A program made the translations under genes and the position numbers. A stretch of DNA of 64,000 bases from Candidatus Aenigmatarchaeota archaeon (GTDB lineage Archaea > Aenigmatarchaeota > Aenigmatarchaeia > CG10238-14 > SCSR01): NCBI GenBank assembly GCA_018304615.1, contig JAGVVV010000010.1, positions 26,000 through 89,999 on the forward strand, given 5' to 3'. Below are positions 18,303 through 28,796 of the stretch, piece by piece. Below the pieces are notes generated by a model. The model worked only from the letters and a program-made list of their open reading frames with translations, was not told the DNA's origin and ran no database searches. The number at the start of each line of letters is the position of its first letter. The first letter of the stretch is position 1.

Positions 18303-18832
18303 ATTTTTTTGACATCGACTTAGAAATCCTGAAATTCATTAATCAACCATTCGTGCCTACCTTCAACTTCGCTTTCATTTTAACAATTTTTTCAGTTTAC
18401 GGGTATCTTGCCTTTCTTCTTTTTTATTTTTTCAGAACGAAACAGAAAGACAAGATGTTCAGGATCCTAATAATTTCAGTCGTCGGGATACTTCTTGTGA
18501 ACGCAATCAAATTTTCTGTGAACAGGCCAAGACCGTCCGCAGCCATAGAAGGCGTCAATCAAATCCTAATAAAATCTGATCCGTCATTTCCATCATCCCA
18601 CACATTCATCGCCATCCTGTGTGCCTTCTTCACTCCAAAATCATTCTCGCGCTTCCTACGGATCCTTCTCAACTTCTATCTAGTAATCCTAATACCAATT
18701 GGTCTAGTTTACATAGGAGTACACTACCCATCAGATGTCCTAGTAGGAGGGCTTCTTGCTTTTCTCATTGTCAAATTCTTCAATGAGAAAAGGGCAAACT
18801 CTATCAAGTCTTCCCTGAAGTTAAAGTTTTGA
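18299..18832 (+). CDS. PAP2-family (polyprenyl-pyrophosphate-type) membrane phosphatase
   Basis: KFSVNRPRP, SFPSSH, GVHYPSDV; ATG 18299 overlaps the polB stop. Confidence 0.88.
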   Translation: MNFFDIDLEILKFINQPFVPTFNFAFILTIFSVYGYLAFLLFYFFRTKQKDKMFRILIISVVGILLVNAIKFSVNRPRPSAAIEGVNQILIKSDPSFPSSHTFIAILCAFFTPKSFSRFLRILLNFYLVILIPIGLVYIGVHYPSDVLVGGLLAFLIVKFFNEKRANSIKSSLKLKF

Positions 18833-20426
18833 AAAGCTGTTTCATTAACAACTCGTCTAAAAAGAATCCGGCAAGAAGGACGAATGCCATCCCTCTATAT
18901 CCGATTATCCCAACCAATATGCTTCCTAGCATCACTATCCTAAAGAAATTCATCAAGCTCATTATCTTCTTGTAACCTACAACAATATGCTTGTGCTTTC
19001 CTTCCAACCCTTCGAAGTACACAAACAATGTCAGAGCAGAATATATTGACAGGAAACTTATTCCGATTAAAACAGGGTAGTCAATCAACAGCGTTATATT
19101 CAAATATTTTGTCATCGCGACTAGAAGTCCGACGCTGATTAGAATTTCTAACATAGCCATCACAAACATCAAAGAAACCACCTTGATCTTCTTCGTTTTT
19201 GAATACGTGTAACCTAGAACAATAAGAGTTGATAAAAATCCAACTCCCAAAGTTCCGTACAAGACAGTTTTATTTACAGTAGGTTCAGAGATGGTCTGCG
19301 ATTCAAGTTTCAAATCTGCAGGCAGCGACCCAAACCTTAGCGAGGAATAAACCAACCTTCCTACTTTATACGCATCTTCGGATGTCTGTTGGATGCCGCT
19401 GATTGCAGTGATCTCATTCCCAATCAGTTCTACAGGAATTGCAAGCGAGCTCACTTCTTCGTCATCGATATAATAATTCAACCTTGCATTAAGAACCGTC
19501 CCACCACCAGGAACAAGAGTGCTTTCGGCCTTCCTAATCACTTTCGTGAGTCTTTCATTCACATCAGGAGCCACACTAATCTGAACGTAATAAAAGTATA
19601 AACCGCTTTTAGTGTCTTTCCTGACTATCACCTGCGAACTAGGATTAGTGACTGTATCTTCTCCTCCGTGCAAATCTGCTTCCACGTTAAGAGTCGGTCC
19701 AATCGTGTCCACAAAATGGAAAGTCACATTTGACAATTGGAATGGCTTGTCTGCTTTGAAATCTGTTCCATTTATCGAAATAGTTTCGTTCCCAGGTTTT
19801 ACTATGTAGGCAATGTTGCCGACAATTATTTTTGCCGCACCCTGCTCAAGAGTGAAGCTCTCTATAACAGTTCCACGGAGCTTGCTTTGCCTGACAATGG
19901 AATTAATCTCATCTTCGAATGGCGTAGATATTTTTATATTACTTCCTGTTATCTCGACTCTTGTCTGGGGCAAATCATAGAAGTTTATCCTGTCTTGTAT
20001 CACTTTTTTTATCTTCGCTAGCGTGGTCGAGTTTGAGTTATTTGCAGAATACACGAAACTCTTAGATTCTGATATGTCTGGTCCGAACATCAGTCCTCCT
20101 GAAGAAGATTCCTTTACTGTGAACCCCAAATTCCCATCGGATAAAGCTCTGCAACTGCCAGGTCCTCCGTTGACTACCATCGCAACATAATCCCCTGTTT
20201 TGACAGCCGATTCAGCAGATGAGAAGTCAGAACTGCTTCTTATGATTCTAGATTCAACACTTACTATTCTGTCCCCTATTTTCAGAGGCCCACAATCAGA
20301 GCTGCTATCGATTGAACCGACTGTAACAGATGAACTTCTTGTCAAGTACGAGCCGGCCAATGAATATCCGCTCAAAACTAAAAGCAAAATTAGAACAGAT
20401 ATCAGCGAGTAAGTTACAACTTTCAT
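18804..20426 (-). CDS. Divergent SecD-like membrane protein with PDZ-like domain
   Basis: LKIGDRIVSV (PDZ-like); LMFGPDI, VIQDRINFY and LRFGSLPADL..ISEPTV resemble SecD motifs; C-terminal TM bundle. Confidence 0.62.
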   Translation of the reverse strand: MKVVTYSLISVLILLLVLSGYSLAGSYLTRSSSVTVGSIDSSSDCGPLKIGDRIVSVESRIIRSSSDFSSAESAVKTGDYVAMVVNGGPGSCRALSDGNLGFTVKESSSGGLMFGPDISESKSFVYSANNSNSTTLAKIKKVIQDRINFYDLPQTRVEITGSNIKISTPFEDEINSIVRQSKLRGTVIESFTLEQGAAKIIVGNIAYIVKPGNETISINGTDFKADKPFQLSNVTFHFVDTIGPTLNVEADLHGGEDTVTNPSSQVIVRKDTKSGLYFYYVQISVAPDVNERLTKVIRKAESTLVPGGGTVLNARLNYYIDDEEVSSLAIPVELIGNEITAISGIQQTSEDAYKVGRLVYSSLRFGSLPADLKLESQTISEPTVNKTVLYGTLGVGFLSTLIVLGYTYSKTKKIKVVSLMFVMAMLEILISVGLLVAMTKYLNITLLIDYPVLIGISFLSIYSALTLFVYFEGLEGKHKHIVVGYKKIMSLMNFFRIVMLGSILVGIIGYRGMAFVLLAGFFLDELLMKQLFKTLTSGKT

Positions 20427-20474
20427 TTCGACACCGTTTTAATAAATATGCTTGAGGTTTTAGTTTAAATATAT

Positions 20475-21143
20475 ATGAAAGATGTCTCTGTGATAATCCC
20501 AATAAAGAACGAACCCTTCATCTCTACACTCGTAGGTCAGATTCACAGAACTCTTGTGTCTTACGATCACGAAGTCATTGTCGTCGATGAGAGTTCTCAG
20601 CCAGTTACGCTAAAAAATGCCAAAGTCATCAGACAAAAATCTCATGGTCTCGGCAATGCTTTCCTTGAAGGGCTTCGCGAATCAAAAGGCAGGTACATAG
20701 TCTTGATGGATGGAGATGGGCAGCATAGACCTCAGGACATTCCAAAACTGTTGTCCGCCCTTTCGTCTTACGATTTTGTCTTTGGCTCTAAATTGGTTGA
20801 AGGAGGGCGGGCGTTTTATTCTGAAGAACGTTTTTTTATTACAAAATTCTTAAGTAAGTTCGCCTCTCTCGTTCTGGATTTACCAATTAAAGACAACATG
20901 TCAGGTTTTTCAGCAATGAAAAGGCAAGCAATCTCCAGAATCCGTCTAAACCCACTCGGATATAAGATAAATTTAGAGGCGGCATACAAGTTGAAACAAA
21001 AAGGGTTCAAATTGGGAGAAGTGCCGATAGTTTTTTTGAGAAGGCAAAAAGGCAGGGCAAAAATCGGTTTTAACCTCGAAGGTATTTCAGAGATGTTCAG
21101 AATCTTCAGGTTGATAATTGAATTGAAGCTTGGTTTGAGATAA
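20475..21143 (+). CDS. GT2 polyprenol-phosphate glycosyltransferase (DPM1/AglD-like)
   Basis: VSVIIP, VVDESS, MDGDGQHRP, DNMSGF, EVPIVF. Confidence 0.9.
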   Translation: MKDVSVIIPIKNEPFISTLVGQIHRTLVSYDHEVIVVDESSQPVTLKNAKVIRQKSHGLGNAFLEGLRESKGRYIVLMDGDGQHRPQDIPKLLSALSSYDFVFGSKLVEGGRAFYSEERFFITKFLSKFASLVLDLPIKDNMSGFSAMKRQAISRIRLNPLGYKINLEAAYKLKQKGFKLGEVPIVFLRRQKGRAKIGFNLEGISEMFRIFRLIIELKLGLR

Positions 21144-22045
21144 TGAAAGTTTCCATATTAGGAATGGGAAGAGTAGGCAGTAGTCTAGGTTATCTGCTTG
21201 CTGGAGAGAAAAACATAGACGAATTAGTTTTTGTCGACGAAATCAAAGGACTTTCAGAAGGAATTTCTCGCGACATATCAAATGCCTATCCTGAAGCCAG
21301 CCTGAAAATAGTCTCTGGTGACATTTCTTCTGCAAATAACTCAGACATCCTTGTGATCGCTGCCAGCGCCCCTACCGACCCCAAGATAACAATCAGGATG
21401 GAATTGCTCGGTGCGAACAAGCCTGTCATCGAAAAAATCTTTTCGAATGTGAGGCTGAAAAAATCTACAGTCGTAATCATGGTTACAAATCCTGTAGAAC
21501 CTTTAGTTTACCACTCTTTGAAAATTTCAAGGATTGACCCAGAAAAGATTATAGGATTTGGCAATTCCTTAGACACTGCCAGACTCAAGTCGATCCTGTC
21601 TAAAAAAACTCGAGTTCCATCAAATAGGATTGACATTACAGTTTTAGGCGAACACGGAGAGAACATGCTCCCTGTTTTCAGTTCAGCTAGAATAGACGGA
21701 AAACCATTTGAATTGTTCAACCTAAATGCAGAGAAACTTACTGATTCCTTGAAGGAAGAAGGTCGAAAGATTAGGCATCTCACTGGAGGTGTAAGGTTCG
21801 GCGCTGCCAGACACCTTTCCAATCTTATTCAATCCATAATCAAAGACAGGAATAAAATAATTCCAGTCTCTTCCTATGTAAAAAGTAACGATTACTATGG
21901 CGTTGACGATGTTTGCATCAGCCTCCCGTCTAAAATTTCGTCATCCGGTATTTCCGAAATAGTTGAAATTCCTATTAGCGATGAAGAAAAACAAAAAATA
22001 TCCTCCATTTCTAAATCTTTAAAGGAAATACAGAAAAACTTGTGA
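21143..22045 (+). CDS. LDH/MDH-family 2-hydroxyacid dehydrogenase with atypical substrate loop
   Basis: GMGRVG, VTNPVE, LDTARL, GEHGE. Confidence 0.88.
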   Translation: MKVSILGMGRVGSSLGYLLAGEKNIDELVFVDEIKGLSEGISRDISNAYPEASLKIVSGDISSANNSDILVIAASAPTDPKITIRMELLGANKPVIEKIFSNVRLKKSTVVIMVTNPVEPLVYHSLKISRIDPEKIIGFGNSLDTARLKSILSKKTRVPSNRIDITVLGEHGENMLPVFSSARIDGKPFELFNLNAEKLTDSLKEEGRKIRHLTGGVRFGAARHLSNLIQSIIKDRNKIIPVSSYVKSNDYYGVDDVCISLPSKISSSGISEIVEIPISDEEKQKISSISKSLKEIQKNL

Positions 22046-22732
22046 TCATTTTACTATTTTCATTATTTCAAATACTTTATCTATAATCCTATCTGGGTTT
22101 TCATTTTTCAGTAATTTTTTTCCTGTCACTCCAGATGTTACTGCAACTGTATGTATGCCAGTCTGTTTTCCACCTCTTATGTCAGCAACCGCATCACCAA
22201 CAATCACACATTCATTAGGTTTGAACCCATGTTTTCCAATAAATTTTTCTATCAACTTCTTCTTCATCAAATCGTGGTCCTTTCCTGCAGGGCTCTCTTT
22301 TATCACAAAAACATCATCGACATATTTATCCAATCCGAACATCTCAAGTTGCTTCAACAGGAAACTTTCAGATTTTCTTAATGAAGTTATGAAAACCATT
22401 TTTCTATTCTGTTTTAATTTTGTCAATGTGGATTTTGCCTTTTTGAACGGTTTGTCCAGATTCCTGTATTTTAACGTCTCTCTGAACTCCCTCCTTTTCT
22501 TCTCTACAAGGGGGAGCTTCTTGTGCGACCCCAAAACACTTTGCAGTATCTTGAAAGCGTTAATTCCGTTTCTTCTTAGTTTCCATATTCTTTCTTCGTC
22601 AATCTTATTGAACCCATAAAAATCTAATGCATCATTGATGCCCTTACAATACCCTTCTCTGATATCCAGCAAAGTTCCATCAACGTCGAAAAGAACTGCC
22701 TTGATGTTTTTTAATGATTTTACATATCCCAT
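22046..22732 (-). CDS. HAD phosphatase (phosphoglycolate-phosphatase-like)
   Basis: FDVDGTL and VGDAVADI motifs. Confidence 0.88.
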   Translation of the reverse strand: MGYVKSLKNIKAVLFDVDGTLLDIREGYCKGINDALDFYGFNKIDEERIWKLRRNGINAFKILQSVLGSHKKLPLVEKKRREFRETLKYRNLDKPFKKAKSTLTKLKQNRKMVFITSLRKSESFLLKQLEMFGLDKYVDDVFVIKESPAGKDHDLMKKKLIEKFIGKHGFKPNECVIVGDAVADIRGGKQTGIHTVAVTSGVTGKKLLKNENPDRIIDKVFEIMKIVK

Positions 22733-22762
22733 ATGATTCTCTTATTTTCTCAAATAAAGTAA

Positions 22763-23851
22763 CTAATTTTTATAACTCTTTATCGCGTTCTTTATTATTT
22801 CATCAACCTGCCTATAATAAACGTCGATGTCGAATTCTCTGGATCTTTTTATGCACGCTTCCTTCATTCGAATAGCTTTTTCTGGCGTCATTGACTTCAC
22901 CGCTTTTATCAATTCAGCTTCATTTGGCGGGATTATCAAACCAGTTTTTTTGTTTACCACAGTCTCTATCACACCACCTTCGTTTACTCCTATTACAGGT
23001 TTGCCTGCTGCCATGGCCTCTACAGGCACAATTCCATAGTCCTCCATTTTCGACATAAAGACGAAGGCTGTACATCTTGCATACAGCTCGATCAACTCTT
23101 TTCCGTAAATCGGACCTTTGAATTCAATGTTTTTGTTATTTTTCGCCAGTTCTTCGAGATATTTTCTTTGCGTTCCATCCCCGACAACAACCAATTTTTT
23201 GTCTGGCATTTTCATGAAAGCCTTTACTATCAACTCCACCCTCTTGAGAGGTTCTAGTCTGGAAACTGTAAGATAGAAATCTTCTGGATGCCTGTAGTAG
23301 AACTTTTTCGTCTCCGCGGGAGGGTAAACCACAAATAAATTTTTCTTCCTTTTATAAAGTTTTTCTATATTTTCCTTTTGAAATTTGCTGACCGCCAATA
23401 TGAAATCCAGATCATTTTTTGTAGCATTTTGATTCTTTTTTAGAAACAGTTTTCTGAATAGTTTTAAACCCCATTTCCTTTTCAGGCTTCCAGGTGAATC
23501 ATAGTATTCCTTTAAATAAAGATTTTTTGGCGGTGCTCCTGCGACCCAGACATTTGGATGTAAATGTTTTCCTGCCAGTATCGAATACCACCCATACATA
23601 AGATAGACATCATAATCTTTCTTAGGTTTCAAAGTTTCAAAAAATCTTGCAGCACCGACCTGTTTTAAAAAATTAGTTTTTATTTTCAAATTAGAAGTGT
23701 AGACCCTGAAATTTTTTATTTCGTCGAACGTTTTTGTCTTGTCCCAAAAATATGTGTAAATATCTGCATCATATCTTTTAGCGAGAGCAATCACTACTTT
23801 TTCCCCACCCCCAACACTTGTAAAAAAATCATGGAGAATTGCAACTTTCAT
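22763..23851 (-). CDS. GT4 glycosyltransferase
   Basis: GGGEKV, SRLEPLKR, EDYGIVPVEAMAAGKPV. Confidence 0.92.
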   Translation of the reverse strand: MKVAILHDFFTSVGGGEKVVIALAKRYDADIYTYFWDKTKTFDEIKNFRVYTSNLKIKTNFLKQVGAARFFETLKPKKDYDVYLMYGWYSILAGKHLHPNVWVAGAPPKNLYLKEYYDSPGSLKRKWGLKLFRKLFLKKNQNATKNDLDFILAVSKFQKENIEKLYKRKKNLFVVYPPAETKKFYYRHPEDFYLTVSRLEPLKRVELIVKAFMKMPDKKLVVVGDGTQRKYLEELAKNNKNIEFKGPIYGKELIELYARCTAFVFMSKMEDYGIVPVEAMAAGKPVIGVNEGGVIETVVNKKTGLIIPPNEAELIKAVKSMTPEKAIRMKEACIKRSREFDIDVYYRQVDEIIKNAIKSYKN

Positions 23852-23854
23852 CTA

Positions 23855-24946
23855 TCAAATCACGTCTTTCAATATCTTAACTATCTTCTCGCTCGTCTTT
23901 CCGTCTCCGTATGGATTTTCTATCTGCTGAATCTTCTTTTTGAGCTCTGTATTCAAAACCATCTTTATATGATAATCAATAAGTTGAGACTCTGTCCCGA
24001 CAAGGAAATTGGCTCCTGCAGAAATTGTTTCCCACCTTTCAGTTGTTTCTCTGAGTGTCAGGCAAGGAACTTTCAAAGTAATCGCTTCTTCTTGTACCCC
24101 ACCTGAATCTGTAATCACCAATGACGCGTTCTTCAAAAGTTTCAGCATATCTAAGTAGCCGACAGGATCTATCACTTTTATGCTATCAGGTATTTTGAAT
24201 CCAAACTCCATGACCCTCTTCTTGACTCTAGGATGAATGGGTAAAATAATCTCCCTTCCGTTCGCAGCAAGAGCTCTTAGTATCCTCATGAGCTTTTCTG
24301 GTTTATCGACATTTTCTGCACGGTGAATCGTGACCAATATATATTCGTCTTTTTTTATCTTCAGTTCGTCGAGTATCTTGCTTGTCTTCTCCGCTTCTCC
24401 CAGATATTTCAAAGTAGCATCTACTACAGAATTTCCAACAATGTATTTGCTTTCTTTTATTCCCTCTTTATCAAGAAAGGAGGAAGTTAATTCTGTAGGT
24501 GTAAATAGAATGTCACTGTTGTGATCTACAAGCACTCTAACTAATTCTTCTGCCATCCTCTTGTCATAACTTCTTAATCCAGCTTCTATATGGATTATCT
24601 TCTTTCCATACTGCAAGCCTGCAAGGGTAGCTGCCAGCGTGGAATTCGTATCCCCATAAACAATTACATATTCCGCTTTCGAATTTTTCAGTTCTTTTGC
24701 TATTGACGGTATTAGTACTGAGTAATCAGACCCAACTATAGCAGCTGTTTCAGCTGCATGTGGCGTTAAAATAGAATCAGGTTTCCTCAGCTTGAGTTGG
24801 TCAAAGAATATTTCGACCATTTCCCTTGAAAAATGTTGGCCTGTGAAAACAAACCGGTGATCGAAATTCTTATCCAATAGAGGAATCATTTGAGACATTT
24901 TTATTATTTCAGGCCTAGTTCCAAAGAGCGTAATTACTTCTGTCAT
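23855..24946 (-). CDS. wecB: UDP-N-acetylglucosamine 2-epimerase (non-hydrolysing)
   Basis: GTRPEIIK, TGQH, GDTNS, HIEAGLRS, TDSGGVQEE, YGDG. Confidence 0.95.
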   Translation of the reverse strand: MTEVITLFGTRPEIIKMSQMIPLLDKNFDHRFVFTGQHFSREMVEIFFDQLKLRKPDSILTPHAAETAAIVGSDYSVLIPSIAKELKNSKAEYVIVYGDTNSTLAATLAGLQYGKKIIHIEAGLRSYDKRMAEELVRVLVDHNSDILFTPTELTSSFLDKEGIKESKYIVGNSVVDATLKYLGEAEKTSKILDELKIKKDEYILVTIHRAENVDKPEKLMRILRALAANGREIILPIHPRVKKRVMEFGFKIPDSIKVIDPVGYLDMLKLLKNASLVITDSGGVQEEAITLKVPCLTLRETTERWETISAGANFLVGTESQLIDYHIKMVLNTELKKKIQQIENPYGDGKTSEKIVKILKDVI

Positions 24947-25001
24947 ATCAATAATTAAGACTGAAAGAAAGCTTAAATTCTTTAGTGTATTCTTGTTTTC
25001 T

Positions 25002-25877
25002 ATGGACCCGATTAAAGCTGGTGAAATACAGTTCAGTGGTTTAGAATCAGTAGAAATTGCCGAATTTTATAACAGGTAATGGAAACCTCCAGATTACATA
25101 GAGGAACAAGTAAGGGTAAATTGGGATAAAGCAATCTTAGCCTCCTTGCTAAAAAGAGATGCATCTTTATACCAACAATTCTTAGGAATTGTAGAAAGCA
25201 ATGCCTATGATAAAAGGTCTGAAATTTTACCTAGTGTCGAAAAGGCAGCTGGATTATTTAATGGCCCTCTTATTCGTGCTAGGCACATGCGTCAAGACGG
25301 AATGGCTTTGAAAATAGATGCAGAGTTATCTGACTATATGCATCATGTTGCAACAAGGTCAAATGAAAATGTCGATCAAAGAGCAAATCCTCTTTATGCA
25401 GCAGCTGTTGTCTTTACTGCCGATGGGCAACTTTTGTTTGGAGTGAGTGGAACATCCACTGAAGCTATATATACTGGGCGAAGAAATATTCCAGCAGGTC
25501 TTGTTCATCCTGTATTAGATGCTGTTGATGGTAAGCCTTATGTTGCGATGTCTCTTCAAAGAGAACTTTTAGAAGAAGCAGGCCTAGTTTTTGAAAACTT
25601 CGAAAAACTACACCCGTTTTTTGTAGTGAGAGAAGACGAAATGCGCCATCCTAGTGTTATTTATGAAGGTCGCCTCTCTATAGACGAAGAGAGAACTTTG
25701 AGACGATTCGAAGCACAGAAACAAAGAGATTTATTTTTGGGTGAAAGGCCAGAATTCGATCAGTTAGTATTTGTCAAATTCGATAGAAACAGCTTACAAA
25801 ATGAAATAGAAAACAATAGAAGTTTGTATCATAATAGGGTTCTGATTATTCTTAAACATCTTTTGTCATCGCTTTAA
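25002..25877 (+). pseudogene. NUDIX-like hydrolase gene interrupted by an in-frame TAA at 25077-25079
   Basis: ATG 25002 is in frame with the 25146 ORF: MDPIKAGE...FYNR*WKPPDYIEEQVRVNW...; Nudix-like box PAGLV...RELLEEAG. Confidence 0.62.
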
Positions 25878-26662
25878 TTCCTTGAAGCATAGATAATTCC
25901 CATGCCAATTTTCGAAGGTTTAGTAGCTTCTACTTTGAAACCATTTTCACCCAAGAATTTTATCATGTCTTTGTAATTTCTTCCTTTTATTCTATGGTAT
26001 TCCATTCCGATTCTTTTTATTTTTGCCAGCATATTCTTCGTTATTTTAAAAAGAATGTCATACTCAGCCCCTTCACAATCCAACTTCAGGAAATCGCACT
26101 TTTCTATTCTTTTTCCTCTTAAAATATCTGTCAAAGTTGTGATTCTAACATTCTGTTTAGATTCAAGCTTAGGAGAAGGGAAAATACTATGCCCTCCAAC
26201 ATTTTCCTTCGAAATGAAGAGAGAAGTCAAGCCACTTTTTCCTCCTACAGCCAAATTAAATGGATGTATTTTTTCCTTACCATGATTCAATGAAATATTT
26301 TTATTCAATAATTTGAAATTCTCTTTCTCAGGTTCATAGCTGTAAACAACGGCTCCCTTTGAGGCAGCATAAATCGAAAATGCTCCGATGTTCGCCCCTA
26401 TATCAATTACAGTGAACCCGTTCTGTATTGGAGAAAATTTGTCATACGATTTTCTGGCAAAAATATCATTGATTATCGAGTGGTCTGTTGTAGCCTTCCT
26501 GAATATCAATCTGATTCCATCTCTCGTCTGGCATTCAGCCATTCCAGTTCCTAGAAAGCCATATCTCGCCAAAAGCATTTCATACCAATTCTCATAAATG
26601 AGAATCATTTTGATTAAGGTTTTTACTTTATCGAGAATCATACAAAAGAATTTGATTCCCAA
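25874..26662 (-). CDS. FkbM-family methyltransferase (start likely ATG 26641)
   Basis: IDIGANIG, YEP, LKLDCEGAE, MEYH. Confidence 0.92.
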   Translation of the reverse strand: MGIKFFCMILDKVKTLIKMILIYENWYEMLLARYGFLGTGMAECQTRDGIRLIFRKATTDHSIINDIFARKSYDKFSPIQNGFTVIDIGANIGAFSIYAASKGAVVYSYEPEKENFKLLNKNISLNHGKEKIHPFNLAVGGKSGLTSLFISKENVGGHSIFPSPKLESKQNVRITTLTDILRGKRIEKCDFLKLDCEGAEYDILFKITKNMLAKIKRIGMEYHRIKGRNYKDMIKFLGENGFKVEATKPSKIGMGIIYASRN

Positions 26663-26711
26663 TTATAAGTATTATTTTTAATCTATATTCTTCCATCAAT
26701 TAATTATCTTT

Positions 26712-27158
26712 ATGAAAATCTGCATAGCATGCAGCGCCGGTGGGCATCTGATGGAAGCTTTGCAACTGATGCCAGCATTGCAAAAGAATGAAATCTTCTT
26801 CATCACAGTCGATAGGTCTCAGTCAAGAGCAGTTCTGAAAGGGAAAAAATCTTACTTCATCGAAGACACAGAAAGGAAACCAGTAAAACTTTTCAAGAAC
26901 TTCACTCATGTCTTGTCAATCATTTCAAAAGAAAAACCAGATGTCATAATTTCAACAGGGGCTGCAGCAGCCATCCCAGCTCTTTATGCCGGAAAACTCA
27001 TCGGTTCGAAGATAATCTTCATAGAATCAATGGCTGCGATAGGCAAACCTTCATCGTCAGGAAAAGTCGCCTACCATATTTCAGATCTCTTCATAGTCCA
27101 ATGGAAATCCATGCTAAGATACTACAAAAAAGGAGTCTACGGTGAGCAGTTGATATGA
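26712..27158 (+). CDS. Alg14/PssD/CpsF-like glycosyltransferase subunit
   Basis: SAGGHL, PDVIISTGA, IFIES, FIVQW. Confidence 0.9.
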   Translation: MKICIACSAGGHLMEALQLMPALQKNEIFFITVDRSQSRAVLKGKKSYFIEDTERKPVKLFKNFTHVLSIISKEKPDVIISTGAAAAIPALYAGKLIGSKIIFIESMAAIGKPSSSGKVAYHISDLFIVQWKSMLRYYKKGVYGEQLI

Positions 27159-27634
27159 TCTTTCTGACAGTCGGCACTCATTCACAACAATTCAACAGGT
27201 TGCTAAGAAAAATCGACGAATTGATAGAAAACAAGGCCATAAAGGCTAAGGTGGTCGCCCAGATAGGAAATTCAGATTACAGACCTAAAAATTACACCTG
27301 GTACAAATTTGTTGGCGAAAGAAAGATGCAAAATCTTTACAAGAATTCAAGGCTTGTGATAATGCATGCAGGCGTAGGGAGCATAATTACGTCGCTTGGG
27401 TATAAAAAACCCACAATAGTCGTCCCACGCCTTGAGAAGTTTGGCGAGCACATCAACGATCACCAACTTCAAATAGCTAAAGTATTCGAGCACCAGCATA
27501 AAGTTCTTGCCTGCTACGACATAAACGATCTGTCCATTGCCATCAAAAAAGGATTCAAGTTCAAACCAAAAACATCAAAGAAACAGCCAAAGATGATAAA
27601 GATAATACAAAGGTTTCTTCTCGACTTGCAATGA
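27155..27634 (+). CDS. Alg13/PssE/CpsG-like glycosyltransferase subunit
   Basis: IFLTVGT, HAGVGSI, EHINDHQLQ. Confidence 0.9.
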   Translation: MIFLTVGTHSQQFNRLLRKIDELIENKAIKAKVVAQIGNSDYRPKNYTWYKFVGERKMQNLYKNSRLVIMHAGVGSIITSLGYKKPTIVVPRLEKFGEHINDHQLQIAKVFEHQHKVLACYDINDLSIAIKKGFKFKPKTSKKQPKMIKIIQRFLLDLQ

Positions 27635-27670
27635 CTACCTTTTATAACCTTTTCTTCTTGTAATAAGATT

Positions 27671-28792
27671 ATGAAAATTTTGCAGGTCGGCAAGTTCTTC
27701 CACCCAATCGAGGGCGGCATAGAAGACTATTATTACGAGCTTTCAAAGGAGCTTGTCAAAAGAGGAAACATCGTCTCTGCATTTGTCAGCAACACAGGAA
27801 AAAACGATTCGCATGAAACTGTAGATGGAATCCATGTTTACAGATTCGGCATTACCAGCAAAATTTTCAATGCTCCAATTTCACGCCCATATTTCCATTT
27901 GATACGCAGAATTAATCCTGACATAATCCATTTGCATTGCCCAAACCCATTAGCAGAAATCAACATCTTATTGTACAAACTACTAGGAGGTAAAGCCAAG
28001 GTAATCGTCACCTATCACTCAGACGTCATCCCTTACACGATAATTTTGAGAACCTTAAACTTCATACGTTCTCTTTACCTGCTCCCCCTTTTGAAACTTT
28101 TCTCTTCGAAAGTAATCGCCACATCAAAAAACTATATATCCAAATCCGCAATCCTGCAGCTCGTGGAAGATAACGTTTCTGTGGTTCCACTCTTCGTGGA
28201 TACTGATATCTTCAAACCAAGGACTAAAAGGAAATCTAGAAAAACCACCCTCCTTTTTGCAGGAAGGCTCGTTCCATATAAGGGATTGCAGTATTTGCTC
28301 GATGCCATCAAAAAAGTCTCTCGGAGAAGGCCTGATATTTTTCTATGCATAGCAGGAGATGGGATTCTCAGAAAAGAACTCGTTGCCTTGGCAAAAAATC
28401 TTGGAATCTCCAATTCTGTGAAATTCTTAGGAAAAGTCCCAACCAAAAGATTATTAGATCTTTATGACAAATGCGACATCTTCATCCTTCCTTCAATTTT
28501 CAGATCCGAAGCCTTCGGCCTCGCGCAACTTCAGGCAATGTCCTTTGGGAAGCCAGTGATATCAACTGACATTCCTGGGAGCGGTGTCCCTTTTGTTAAC
28601 AAGAACGGAGAAACTGGCCTTGTAGTGAAACCAAGAAACTCTCTTGCCCTATCCGAGGTCATTATTTATCTTCTAGACAATCAAAATATTAGAAAAACAT
28701 TCGGAGTTAATGCAAGAAAGAGAGCAACAAAATTTTTCAGCAAGAAAACCATAGTTAACCAGATATTGTCTATATACAAAAATTCAAGGTGA
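27671..28792 (+). CDS. GT4 glycosyltransferase
   Basis: GGIE, GRLVPYKG, SEAFGLAQLQAMSFGKPV. Confidence 0.92.
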   Translation: MKILQVGKFFHPIEGGIEDYYYELSKELVKRGNIVSAFVSNTGKNDSHETVDGIHVYRFGITSKIFNAPISRPYFHLIRRINPDIIHLHCPNPLAEINILLYKLLGGKAKVIVTYHSDVIPYTIILRTLNFIRSLYLLPLLKLFSSKVIATSKNYISKSAILQLVEDNVSVVPLFVDTDIFKPRTKRKSRKTTLLFAGRLVPYKGLQYLLDAIKKVSRRRPDIFLCIAGDGILRKELVALAKNLGISNSVKFLGKVPTKRLLDLYDKCDIFILPSIFRSEAFGLAQLQAMSFGKPVISTDIPGSGVPFVNKNGETGLVVKPRNSLALSEVIIYLLDNQNIRKTFGVNARKRATKFFSKKTIVNQILSIYKNSR

Positions 28793-28796
28793 TTTA

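Noticed and set aside
25077..25079. Recoded stop (Sec/Pyl or alternative genetic code)
   Set aside because: The codon is TAA, and TAA, TAG and TGA all terminate conserved genes normally in this window
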